From Candidatus Bathyarchaeota archaeon BA2 (GTDB lineage: Archaea; Thermoproteota; Bathyarchaeia; Bathyarchaeales; Bathyarchaeaceae): a stretch of DNA of 64,000 nt. Below the pieces are notes generated by a model. That model was not told the DNA's origin. It worked only from the letters and a program-made list of their open reading frames with translations, and made no database searches. Numbering within the stretch: the stretch's first letter is position 1; each line of letters starts with the position of its first letter. Made by a program: the position numbers and the translations under genes. The stretch is taken from the NCBI GenBank assembly GCA_001399795.1, contig LIHK01000056.1:89873-153872 (forward strand). Direction: 5' to 3'. Positions 1 to 9,332 of this stretch are shown piece by piece.

Positions 1-585
1 GCAAGGCTTTTCGCATCAGCTAGGAAATCTGCTAATGGAGGATACCCATCCATAGTTTTCATCGACGAATTGGACTCGTTGATTGGGATACGCTCAACCG
101 AAGTTGGGGGAGAAGCGAGAGTTCGCAACCAGTTCCTAAAAGAGATGGACGGAATTATAGATAAAGGCAAGAACATTCACGCTTACGTGATTGGAGCCAC
201 CAACAAGCCTTGGGCTCTAGACTGGCCCTTCATAAGAAGATTCCAGAAGCGGATACTGGTTCCCCTACCCGATCACCAAGCCCGCTTGGAGATGATCAAA
301 CTATACACGACTCATCTGAAACTGGCTCCGGATGTGGATATCCACGAACTTGCTAGATTGTCTGAGGGTTTTTCTGGAAGCGACATACGGGACTGTTGCC
401 AAGCCGTACACCTAAGGGTTATTGGAGAACTCTTCGAGTCGGGTATGGCGAGCGACAAAAAGGCTCAGCCGAGACCCATAACCATGAACGACTTTAAGGA
501 GATACTGGAGGAAAGAAAGCCCAGCGTCTCCCTAGACATGGTGGCATCCTACAACAGATGGTTTGACGCGTTTAAGGCCCTTTAG
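1..585 (+). CDS. AAA+ ATPase, C-terminal portion (Vps4/CdvC-katanin clade-like); 5' end lies outside the window
   Basis: Frame 1 is open from base 1: ...GGYPSIVFIDELDSLIG (Walker B), then IGATNKPWALDWPFIRRFQKRILVPLPD (sensor-1/Arg-finger region as in Vps4-type AAA) and a C-terminal KPSVS...YNRWFDAF helix. Confidence 0.7.
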   Translation, partial: ARLFASARKSANGGYPSIVFIDELDSLIGIRSTEVGGEARVRNQFLKEMDGIIDKGKNIHAYVIGATNKPWALDWPFIRRFQKRILVPLPDHQARLEMIKLYTTHLKLAPDVDIHELARLSEGFSGSDIRDCCQAVHLRVIGELFESGMASDKKAQPRPITMNDFKEILEERKPSVSLDMVASYNRWFDAFKAL

Positions 586-621
586 CCCCGAGGAGGTGAC
601 GCCAAATCTAGGCTCTAGACG

Positions 622-724
622 ACGTGGCCTTGGAAAGGTTTAGAGAGATGCCTTTCTTCTGTAGTTGTTGAAAAACTCCTTTCTCTCTCAGCAATGCTCT
701 TTCTAAACCCCAAAAAGGCCACGT
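622..724. repeat. 10-bp perfect inverted repeat ACGTGGCCTT / AAGGCCACGT separated by 83 bp
   Basis: Arms read directly at 622-631 and 715-724, in the convergent gap between the AAA ATPase stop and the mobB stop. Confidence 0.6.
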
Positions 725-728
725 GTTT

Positions 729-1439
729 TCAATCATGCCTAGAAAAGCTCTTAATAGTTATTGAAACGCCTCCTCCTCCCTTGATCGTTACGCCTTTTAA
801 GGTTGAAACCATTCCGAGGATTGTGTTTCTTATGAATTTCTGAACAAAGGGGTTTAGTGGCAAGGCGTGTTCGTCGATTTGGATTTTCAGCTCCTCTTTG
901 TGTTTCCGTTTTCTTTCAACTAGCGCTGCGACTTTTTCGTCCATTAGGTTTATCAACCTCTCCTGCTCTTTAAGCACATTAACGTAGGGAATTTTCAATT
1001 TCGCTTCTTCCGGAATGGGGCCTACGAACGTCAGTATGGGTTTAAAGCGTTTAGAAGCATCGAGAACCTCTTCAGCTGTTTTAGCAGCGATTATTTTTGG
1101 CACTTTTGGGTTCTGTCCTATCAATTTTGTGAAGCCTTCAAGAATTATGATTTCAGCTTCGTCTTCGCAGTCTTTGATTATTTGTTCCAGACTGTATTTT
1201 GTGGTGTCAGCTTTTCTGATGGTGGCAATTTCGTTGGGCGCCACGCTGATGATGGTTTTGGCTCCAGCCTTTGCGTGTCTCCAGGTGTCTTTTCCCTTGG
1301 TGTCTATTGTGAAGTCTGGTTCTGGAACGTGTTTGACCGTGGCGACTTTGTATCCCCTTTTTGTCAGTCCTTGAACTAGGGTTTCTATGGCTGTGGTTTT
1401 GCCGGACTTCTTACTTCCTACAACAGCGATTATGGGCAT
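729..1439 (-). CDS. mobB: Molybdopterin-guanine dinucleotide biosynthesis adapter protein MobB with extra C-terminal domain
   Basis: N-terminal P-loop MPIIAVVGSKKSGKTT...GYKVATVKH and overall MobB-like layout; about 70 extra C-terminal residues. Confidence 0.75.
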   Translation of the reverse strand: MPIIAVVGSKKSGKTTAIETLVQGLTKRGYKVATVKHVPEPDFTIDTKGKDTWRHAKAGAKTIISVAPNEIATIRKADTTKYSLEQIIKDCEDEAEIIILEGFTKLIGQNPKVPKIIAAKTAEEVLDASKRFKPILTFVGPIPEEAKLKIPYVNVLKEQERLINLMDEKVAALVERKRKHKEELKIQIDEHALPLNPFVQKFIRNTILGMVSTLKGVTIKGGGGVSITIKSFSRHD

Positions 1440-1621
1440 TTTTTCACCGTGTTATAGGGAACTCTCCACACTGGCTATTTACATTTTCTAAAGTATAGCA
1501 AACTGTCTTTCTTGCAGACATATTCAAAGCAAACTTCCAGAAACTCTTAACCAACGTGACGTTCCTAGTTCCTCGCCAATATTCTTATCAAGAACTAACT
1601 TGATTAAACTAACAAGGAGAC

Positions 1622-2777
1622 ATGTTTACAATAGGCGGGCAATATGGAATGTTAACACATAAAGAAATTGAGGAAATTGTTGTACGAGATTTACAGCAAA
1701 AAGGATACAAAATCGAACTAGGCGTTAATATTTACAAGGAGTTTTCTGCAGATATTTTGGCTGAAAAGGAAGGAAAGAAAAGTTTTATCGAAATAAAATC
1801 AAAAAGAGACGATGTCCTATCCTCTCTAATTAATTCAAAAATTTTGAAAGGCCTGCCCAATAAGCTATATTTATTTAGCTATACCCTCGGAGTTATTAGA
1901 AGAAGACATCGAAAAGATTGCTCAATACATTGGATTTGGTTTATATAAAGTAGCAAAAGAGGGGATCATAGATGAAATTCATGCTAGAGAACTTCCACAG
2001 GCTTCTTTAGAGGGCGGAGGAGGATATCCTTCCTTCGTTTTACCTGGCCAGATTTTTGAAGTTCGTGTGGACCTTGCTGCACGAGGAAAAATAGTTCCAA
2101 ACATTACAGTTTCTTATTTGCGGGGAGGCCCATTCAGTGTTCCCCCTGGCGAAAGTAATACCCGAAAAATAGACGAATTAAAACCAGGCGACCGCATCGA
2201 CGTTGCCTTTAAAGTCAAGGTTAATGAAGACACGAAACCGGGGGAATATCCTCTCTTCATAGTAAGAGCCACTGGTGTAACGCCCTTAGATATTAGCATG
2301 CATGAAATTGAAGTAAAAGAAAAAACTAGCGAATCGATAGAACAAGAAGTTAGGAAGGCCGTTACAGCATTAAACTATGCGGTGACAACTAACATTGGAA
2401 ACATTCTTTCTAGAATTGATGAAGCAATTATGATTGGTATAATAGATATTAAAGAAAATGTAATAGATAAATCAGTGTGGAATGATATCGGAATCTATTG
2501 CATTAATAATGGGCTATTCCGTCAGGCTGAATTTGTCTATAGAAAAATGTTGGAAACGATTCAAAAATGTGAAAAGAGAAATAATGAGCAATTACATAAA
2601 GGCTTAGCTCTTCATAACCTCGGCGTTGCCTTATATTATCAAGGAAGAAAAGAAGAGGCGAAACAAAGATTTTCAGAAGCCCGCGAAGAAGATAGACGAA
2701 CATACGGCCGTGAAGAAGCTAAAAACAAACCAGCTCAGACAGCACTAACTCAACTTTTTGGTGAACCTGTTACATAA
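1622..2777 (+). pseudogene. Frameshifted gene: PD-(D/E)xK-like N-terminal domain + beta-sandwich (CARDB/S-layer-like) domain + TPR-like C-terminus
   Basis: ORF 1622-1948 (ADILAEKEGKKSFIEIKSK, D..E.K nuclease-like motif) continues in the +1 frame, which opens at 1848 (..AIPSELLEEDIEKIAQYIGFGLYKV..) and runs into ORF 2067-2777. The shift lies in the tandem TTATTTAT run near 1870. The C-terminus HKGLALHNLGVALYYQGRKEEAKQRFSEA is TPR-like. Confidence 0.45.
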
Positions 2778-2799
2778 CTATAATTGGAGAAGATAAGAA

Positions 2800-3307
2800 A
2801 TGGCCCCCTCCGATCAAGAAGAAACTGTAAGACCAGTTGGGGCCCGAAAATATACAGAAGAAAAAGAGCAGGTAAAGGTTTTTCTCAGTTTTTGCGAAAG
2901 AAACCCGAAAAACGAATACTTAATTGAAAAGATAGTTGCACCCTTTCTTGACGAATTAGATTTCGAGGTTCATTATTATAAAAAAGATGTGTCATTGGAT
3001 ATGCCATTTAAACGAATAGAAGATCTTATAAATAAATGCAATACTTATAATTGGTTTCTACACTAGAGACAAAGAAAACGTAGATGGTTCATTTTCAGCA
3101 GCAGACAACGTGATATCTGAAATGAATTATGCCTATGAAAAGAAAAGACTTGCCTTAGTTGAAGAGGGAACTATCTTAGGGTCACTTGATTATACTAAGA
3201 TCCCAAATATTCCATTTACTAGAGAAGAATATGGAAAGTTATTGGTAGATATGTTAAGAGTTTTAAAAAAATTCTGGTTTGCTCAATATTGGAATCTCAT
3301 AACCTGA
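2800..3307 (+). pseudogene. Frameshifted TIR-like (DUF1863/ThsB-like) domain protein
   Basis: VKVFLSFCERNPKNEYLIEKIVAPFLDELDFEVHYYKKD resembles the TIR betaA-alphaA-betaB start. The second frame opens at 3032 (AILIIGFYTRDKENVDGSFSAADNVISEMNYAYEKKRLALVEEG) and joins ORF 3110-3307. The shift lies in the AATAAA run near 3035. Confidence 0.4.
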
Positions 3308-3390
3308 ACTCAGTTATTTCATCGAGCGTTACCTTATATTTTTTGTTAAGAAGGGCGATGCTAGCTGCACGCGCATCTAAACATTATGGT

Positions 3391-3577
3391 CTATTCAAGG
3401 CTGCCTACTAACTCTTTAAGCGATTCCACTTCCTTCCTTAGCGTGGCGACCTCTTTCTCCAAAGTGCTAGCCTTTTCCTCTCCCGCTTTCTTAAGCTTCT
3501 CAATTTCCTCCAGAAGATCGGCCTTCTCGCTTTCCAAATTCTCAATTTTTTTTCCGTAAATCTCTCAAAGTTTGCAT
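3391..3577 (-). pseudogene. Small coiled-coil protein interrupted by a homopolymer frameshift
   Basis: Minus strand ATG at 3577: MQTLRDLRKK then stop. Removing one base of the 8-nt A run (T8 at 3546-3553 on the plus strand) restores ..IENLESEKADLLEEIEKLKKAGEEKASTLEKEVATLRKEVESLKELVGSLE*. Confidence 0.25.
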
Positions 3578-3629
3578 AAGCGTCCCTTCCTCAATTCCCT
3601 AATTATCCTTTCTCTTCCAAGAACTTTTA

Positions 3630-3968
3630 ATGCAGATTTGCACTAAAGGTTTTACGGTTAAGGGTGAGAAAATGAGGGCGCGAACTTTCTTAGCTTCCAC
3701 ACATTTACTGAATTTTCTGATCGGAATTTTTGCGACCGGTTATGTTCTAAACAGTTATTGGAATTATCTAGAGACATGGCAAATATCTCTCTACATTTAC
3801 TATCTTGTGCTAGGTTTTTGCGGTGTGGCGATTGCCTGCTGGATTGTGATGGATGGAAAGCATGTTGAACACTGCGCCGTTGAGATACGGAACTTGGAAA
3901 GGAGAATTCTGGATTTAGAAAGGCAAATTGGCCGCATCAAAACAGTGAGATTGAGCAAGATCCAATAA
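3630..3968 (+). CDS. Small membrane protein with C-terminal coiled coil (true start possibly Met at 3672)
   Basis: Two hydrophobic helices (FLASTHLLNFLIGIFATGYVL; LYIYYLVLGFCGVAIACWIV) followed by EIRNLERRILDLERQIGRI. Confidence 0.4.
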   Translation: MQICTKGFTVKGEKMRARTFLASTHLLNFLIGIFATGYVLNSYWNYLETWQISLYIYYLVLGFCGVAIACWIVMDGKHVEHCAVEIRNLERRILDLERQIGRIKTVRLSKIQ

Positions 3969-3981
3969 CTCAAAATTGCGT

Positions 3982-4968
3982 TTATGGTCTGTACCCATTT
4001 AGGATGCTTATTGCCAAGACAGTTTCCGTAATGTCCGCTGTTGTTCCCGGACTCAGTTCATGAGCTGGGTCCCTGAGTTTTTTGTCGAACTCCCAAAGCA
4101 GGCTCCTTCCAGACCGGGTTGTTAAACCACCCTTTTCTAGTACCTGCCTTGCTTCAGCTGAAACCAGCTTTGCCTTTGCTAAACCCACCTTTCGAGCGAT
4201 AAAAGTGTCTGGAACTTCGGATAAAATCTTTAGAAGGGTATGCACTGTTGCCGTGTTTACGTCTTTAGTTTCTTCAAGCTGTTGAATGAAATAGGGATAG
4301 CCCAGGTCAAAGGTGACGGGATAGTTGTTTACCCATTCAGACGCGATTGAATCGTATCCGGAAGCTATCTTAAACACTTCAAAAAGAGTTACTTGATCGT
4401 CCAGAATTTTCTGTTTCGAAACTGGATCGGTTACGTCGAGTTTTGGGGCCTTACCCAATCCGCTGGGCTTAGCGATCAATATTGCGTCGTAGACGTCTAT
4501 TGCATCTATTGGAGTGCTGGATTCAACGATCAACTTCACATTTTCCCTAAGTTTGGCGATGGAAAACTTCTCTTTGGCAAGCACCATTCCAGCCGCAACA
4601 GCCACTGGCGAAAGCAGGACAATCGATCCTAAAAGCGTGTTTCCGCCACGTTGCCACAAACCTACATTCTTCACCGCATCCTTCATTATAGTTCCAATTC
4701 CAACATGGACTGGACCAATTTCTCCTTCAGAAACACGGATTCCTTGCTCGGCTGCGTGTTTAAAGTGGGGTGCCACGGCGACCGCTGACGCCAAAAAATG
4801 TTCGTATCTGGTTTCTAGAAAGTCAGCGGTTCTATGGACGTTTCCAGGCTTAGGATAGGCACTGACTTCGAGGAGAATAGCCAGCTCTAGGCATCTGGAA
4901 ATATGTTCCGCTGTTTCCGCGGATGAACAGAAATCCATACCTTTCAGCCTCAAACTACTGTAACTCAT
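3982..4968 (-). CDS. Triphosphoribosyl-dephospho-CoA synthase (CitG/MdcB) family protein
   Basis: LEVSAYPKPGNVHR motif and about 330 aa length, typical of the CitG family. Confidence 0.6.
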   Translation of the reverse strand: MSYSSLRLKGMDFCSSAETAEHISRCLELAILLEVSAYPKPGNVHRTADFLETRYEHFLASAVAVAPHFKHAAEQGIRVSEGEIGPVHVGIGTIMKDAVKNVGLWQRGGNTLLGSIVLLSPVAVAAGMVLAKEKFSIAKLRENVKLIVESSTPIDAIDVYDAILIAKPSGLGKAPKLDVTDPVSKQKILDDQVTLFEVFKIASGYDSIASEWVNNYPVTFDLGYPYFIQQLEETKDVNTATVHTLLKILSEVPDTFIARKVGLAKAKLVSAEARQVLEKGGLTTRSGRSLLWEFDKKLRDPAHELSPGTTADITETVLAISILNGYRP

Positions 4969-5191
4969 CTTATCTGGAGCCTAATAAAAGGGTGTGTTGA
5001 GAAATTCTTTGAAAAAGCAACTGCGCCACGGATTGTGCTCTCTGTAGATAGCTCCCCTAGTTTTCTTTATATACTCCCAACACAGAAACGGCGGAATGCG
5101 GTGCATGCTAGTTATGGGTAGAGTATGTAATTTAAATACATCTTGTGTAAAAAATTACACAACAACCTCCTGTTGGTAGTGGGCGAAGGTT

Positions 5192-6184
5192 ATGAACCAG
5201 GTTAAACTGTCCTCACGTGATGTAGCGTTTATGGCTGTTTTTGCCGCTCTATCTGCCGTCGTTTGTAAATTTATTCCTGGAATTCCGATTATCGGTGTAC
5301 CAGAAGCCAGCATCAAGTTTGATGCGGCTCTTGCGCCAATCTATGGATTGGTTATTGGTCCATATTTAGGATTCTTGGCAGCCCTTTTTGGAGGTTTAAT
5401 TGTTGCTGGCAGTTTTTTCAGTGTTCTCACGTCTTTCTGTACCGCGTTTTCAGCGTTGGTTGCAGGGTTGTTAGTGAGGGAGAACTGTAGTTTTCGTGGT
5501 TACACTGTGAGAGGTTGGGTGTTAGCTGCCTTGGTTCTTGGCTTACTAATTTTGGGTTGGTATGGAACTTGGGTTGGTCAGCAAGCTCCCTTATATCCAG
5601 TGCTCCACTTGTTTGGGCTCTTTATCATCTTGACTTTCAGAGGGCGAATCGCAACTTATTTCAAAGGAGATAAAGGTAAGATTGTCAACGAAGAGAAGTG
5701 GGTGGTGAAACCATATTATGTAATGCCTGGAATTTTAGCTGTGTTTTCAGCGTACATTATCTCCAAACCATATTGGCTAGACCTAGGTTGGACGGGTTTC
5801 CTTCCATATCTTTCTCTTCCTCTATACTTTCTCGGTGGAATAGCCATCATCTACGGAATATTTGGCGGAGGTGAAGGAAGAAGAAAAATTGCCTTTGCTG
5901 TTGGTCTCTCATCTTACTGTGGAATAATTGCTGATCATATGCTTGGAAACATCATTTTCATAAGCGTTATTAACATACTAATACCCCTTGAGGTTATCCA
6001 AGAATACTTTTTGGAACCACTCGGTTTACCAGGCATTCCGTCCCTATTTATGTATATGATACCAATTTCGGCTGCGGAGAGATTTCTCATAACAGCAATT
6101 GCAACTATATTTGGAGTCTGTTTGATCCTTGCCCTATACAGGGGAGGTTTACTTTCCCAAGACAGACGCAGAAGGTATAAATGA
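5192..6184 (+). CDS. Polytopic integral membrane protein, function unknown
   Basis: 330 aa, at least 8 hydrophobic segments, Gly-rich helices; divergent from the CitG-like gene. Confidence 0.5.
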   Translation: MNQVKLSSRDVAFMAVFAALSAVVCKFIPGIPIIGVPEASIKFDAALAPIYGLVIGPYLGFLAALFGGLIVAGSFFSVLTSFCTAFSALVAGLLVRENCSFRGYTVRGWVLAALVLGLLILGWYGTWVGQQAPLYPVLHLFGLFIILTFRGRIATYFKGDKGKIVNEEKWVVKPYYVMPGILAVFSAYIISKPYWLDLGWTGFLPYLSLPLYFLGGIAIIYGIFGGGEGRRKIAFAVGLSSYCGIIADHMLGNIIFISVINILIPLEVIQEYFLEPLGLPGIPSLFMYMIPISAAERFLITAIATIFGVCLILALYRGGLLSQDRRRRYK

Positions 6185-6210
6185 GCTCTTAGACTTCAAG
6201 AGCAATTGCA

Positions 6211-7227
6211 ATGAAAGTTAAAGCTCGCGAAGGCGACTTACTCGAAACCACGGATAAAGTTTTTTTCGACGTTAAAGGATTGGTCCATCCTTCTAGCAGA
6301 GTTATCGCCTTCCTCCGCTATGTTCCTGACCCAAGCAGTGACAGGAAAAAAGATGGAACAACCTATCGAAAGGTTTACGCTCTCTCCGAACGTTATGCCT
6401 TGCTAAAGCAGGTTTTTCCACGATACTTGGTGTATGATCCAGTGTTTAATGAAAGTCTTTGCGAGGTTCCTTTCGAGGCTATTAAACGCCATTATAAGCC
6501 AGTTGACTATCTGCAAAAGCTTCGTCGTCGAGACGGATTAGATGGGGTAGAAAGTCAAGCGTTGCATTTTATGGAGCTTTTAAAGGAAAGTGCAAATGTT
6601 TCTTGGGGCAAGCTGGGTATATCCGGCTCTATTCTCGTGAAGCTCCACACTCAGACTTCTGACATAGACCCCATAGTTTATGGCTCTGAAAACTGTTACA
6701 AGGTCTATTTGGCGTTAGGGTCCCTGTTAGAAAATGGGGAAAGCCCATTTAAGCCCTATGGTCTGAGGGAGTTAAAGGAGTTGTTCGATTTCCGTTCGAA
6801 GGACACGTCCATGCGCTTCGAAGAGTTTGTTAGAACCGAATCTAGGAAGGTTTTGCAGGGCAAGTTTATGGGAAGAGACTATTTCATTCGTTTCGTGAAG
6901 GATTGGAACGAAATTGAGGAAAAGTATGGCACAATTCTTTACAAGCCAGAAGGTTATGCTAAAATTAAAGCTAAGGTTATAGAAGATTCAGAAGCCATTT
7001 TCACTCCTTGCCGCTACAAAATCGACAACGTGAAAATTCTTGAAGGAAAACGCATCGAAGTAATTGAAGAAATCGTGTCTTTTCGAGGAAGATTTTGCGA
7101 ACAAGCCAAGAAAGGCGAGACCGTGATTGCGCAGGGTAAAGTTGAAAAGTTACAAAAAGAGGGAGAGCGTGAACACTACAGACTGCTCCTAGGAAACAAG
7201 ACTTCAGACCACATGATTTTGGCGTAA
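6211..7227 (+). CDS. Pol-beta-superfamily nucleotidyltransferase fused to a C-terminal OB-like domain
   Basis: LGISGSILVKLHTQTSDIDPIVYG (hG[GS]..D.D NTase motif). The C-terminal part resembles its paralog at 8152-9096. Confidence 0.55.
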   Translation: MKVKAREGDLLETTDKVFFDVKGLVHPSSRVIAFLRYVPDPSSDRKKDGTTYRKVYALSERYALLKQVFPRYLVYDPVFNESLCEVPFEAIKRHYKPVDYLQKLRRRDGLDGVESQALHFMELLKESANVSWGKLGISGSILVKLHTQTSDIDPIVYGSENCYKVYLALGSLLENGESPFKPYGLRELKELFDFRSKDTSMRFEEFVRTESRKVLQGKFMGRDYFIRFVKDWNEIEEKYGTILYKPEGYAKIKAKVIEDSEAIFTPCRYKIDNVKILEGKRIEVIEEIVSFRGRFCEQAKKGETVIAQGKVEKLQKEGEREHYRLLLGNKTSDHMILA

Positions 7228-7416
7228 ATTGATTCCCTTTTCCAAACATTTTAATGTTAGGCGGTAAAGAAACGTAGTCGAAACAAAATGAAAGGTAGCC
7301 ATTCTGAACCAAAAAATCGTTTACAGCGTACTTTTAGACAATAAAAACTCAAAGCCGTTCAGCACCTAAATATGCGTCGAACATGAACGCTTTTAAACTA
7401 TGCGCTGCAGATTATA

Positions 7417-7710
7417 TTGACTGAGTGTGCGTCGTTGATGACGACGAAGAAAGAAAAAAGATCACCAGAGCTTGAGGCCTTTGAAAGAGAAAGACAAGCT
7501 TTTCTGAGGATGAAGGATTCCCTTCTGGGCAACCCCGAATATAGAAGAAAATTTGTGGCCATATATAAAGGGGAAATCGTAGGCCAAGATGAAGACAATC
7601 GGGAATTAGCAAGGAGGGTTTATAGCAGATACGGATACGTTCCGATTTATATAGGCAAGATAGAAAGAGAAAGAAGAGTTATTGAAATGCCTTCTCCTGA
7701 GGGCGTATAA
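7417..7710 (+). CDS. Small DUF5678-like protein
   Basis: FVAIYKGEIVGQDEDNRELARRVYSRYGYVPIYIGKI pattern; stop is 3 nt before the protease gene start. Confidence 0.4.
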   Translation: MTECASLMTTKKEKRSPELEAFERERQAFLRMKDSLLGNPEYRRKFVAIYKGEIVGQDEDNRELARRVYSRYGYVPIYIGKIERERRVIEMPSPEGV

Positions 7711-7713
7711 CCG

Positions 7714-8097
7714 ATGCCCAGATACGACCCGACATACTCGCCACCGGCACCAATTCTGAAAGTCACGGTTTCTAATCCACATAAGCCGGAAGTTGAGGGA
7801 ATTGAAGAAGAAGCTTTAATTGATTCTGGAGCTTTCATGACAGCAATTCCAAAAGATTTTGTTAAAAAACTTAAGATTCTTCCAGCTGGAGAAGTTGAGG
7901 GCGTGAAAGGGCACAAGGGAAAAGGGCAAAACCATCTCATTTATTTCGTAGATGTGAGCTTTAATGGTTACTCCTTCTACACAGAAGTTATGGCTGTAAA
8001 AAGAAAAAATGTCCTGATAGGAAGGGATATCCTAAATCAACTGAAACTCATTTTGGACGGGAAAAACCTCAACTTTGACATTTTAGATCCCCCATAA
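7714..8097 (+). CDS. Retropepsin-like aspartic protease
   Basis: ALIDSGAFMTAIP (D-S-G-A catalytic motif) and C-terminal VLIGRDILNQLKLILDG. Confidence 0.55.
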   Translation: MPRYDPTYSPPAPILKVTVSNPHKPEVEGIEEEALIDSGAFMTAIPKDFVKKLKILPAGEVEGVKGHKGKGQNHLIYFVDVSFNGYSFYTEVMAVKRKNVLIGRDILNQLKLILDGKNLNFDILDPP

Positions 8098-8151
8098 ACT
8101 ACGAAACGTAAATTCTAAAAGATGCGCGCGCAATCTTGCTTACAAAAGTTC

Positions 8152-9096
8152 TCAGACTTCAAAATGCGAGTTTTGTCCGAAGGTCTTCAATACTTGTTCG
8201 TAGTACCTAGGACCGTACGTTAGCGTAACCTGGTGAAACCTCTTCGTCTCAGTGACCGCTTCCTCAAGGTTTCCTTCCACGTAAACTATCTCGTCCCTTT
8301 TTGCTTGCATCCTAAACTCTTCAACATAAGAAACAATTCGCTGAATGTCCTCAACCTCTGGTCCCTCCAAAATTTCGAGGAGTTCAATCTGGTAAATTGA
8401 GGGAATGAAAGGCGCATCGCGGCCATCAGTTATGCGGGCAATAGCCTTTATCCATCCCTTCCTTATGATTCGTGTGTTTGAGCTATATTCGTTGCAGATT
8501 TCCCTCCAGTCCTTCACCGGCTCAAACTCCGTTTTAATAACCCGCTCACTTTCTGCATCCTTGAATAACGCGTAAATCATCTTTCTTCGCTGGTGCCAAA
8601 GGTACTCCTTCGGGCTGTAGTTCACGAATTTCCAGCGTTTCCCCTCAATAGCCTTCTCGTTTTCAAACTCGTTTTGCAGAGAACCATCTTGGTAGAGCCC
8701 GTTTAAGGTTTCACAGAGTTTCCCCAATTTTTCTCCGCCATACACGACGAGGTCGAGGTCTGAAAATTTTGGGTGATAAAATCCATGGAGGAGCGAGCCG
8801 AAAACCCCAAAATCTTTTTCCGACAGTCCCGACCTAGACGTAACTAACCTAAACAGCTCGTGCAATGCTTTGACAAGGTCATCTTCAGGTTGTTTTTTCA
8901 TTAACCGCCGAAGGCCCTCGTCTGGCTTTCGCATTTCCATGATATACACTTGCGGTACGCCTACAATTCGCTCTTGCAGGGGCTCGTAAAAAAATGTGTA
9001 GCGCGGATATTTTTCCCGAACGAAGCGTAAGCCCTCGTCTGAGTAGAATTTGTAGTAAATCGGCTTTTTCGTCCCTCGAAAGGCTCGGGGGTCCAT
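8152..9096 (-). CDS. Pol-beta-superfamily nucleotidyltransferase + OB-like domain (paralog of 6211-7227)
   Basis: FGVFGSLLHGFYHPKFSDLDLVVYG. C-terminal IPSIYQIELLEILEG..IQRIVSYVEEFRMQAKRDEIVYVEG parallels TPCRYKIDNVKILEG..IEEIVSFRGRFCEQAKKGETVIAQG. Confidence 0.55.
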   Translation of the reverse strand: MDPRAFRGTKKPIYYKFYSDEGLRFVREKYPRYTFFYEPLQERIVGVPQVYIMEMRKPDEGLRRLMKKQPEDDLVKALHELFRLVTSRSGLSEKDFGVFGSLLHGFYHPKFSDLDLVVYGGEKLGKLCETLNGLYQDGSLQNEFENEKAIEGKRWKFVNYSPKEYLWHQRRKMIYALFKDAESERVIKTEFEPVKDWREICNEYSSNTRIIRKGWIKAIARITDGRDAPFIPSIYQIELLEILEGPEVEDIQRIVSYVEEFRMQAKRDEIVYVEGNLEEAVTETKRFHQVTLTYGPRYYEQVLKTFGQNSHFEV

Positions 9097-9332
9097 GGAT
9101 TTGTATATTTTGGCTGGGGCGTATTCTGGGTCGCAGATGTATGCGTCTGGTGGGTGAAAATAGCCGTAAACACGGAAAATGATGTTCTCCCCAGTGATTA
9201 TGGCGTCACGGTCTCTAAGCTTTAAAGGAGCTAAATGTTATTCCCCCGCAAACTCCCATTCTTTTTCTATGTTAGGAATAGATCGATAAATAATTCGCGC
9301 ACGCAACGTGCAAGTGCATGAGGTAGAAAATC

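Noticed and set aside
1015-1379. Plus-strand ORFs 1015-1374 and 1182-1379, and similar short antisense ORFs throughout (for example 4082-4858, 10315-10598, 33097-33438, 36554-37588, 43084-43455, 53239-54384, 58293-59057)
   Set aside because: All lie completely inside longer opposite-strand ORFs with clear family motifs. They are treated as shadow ORFs.
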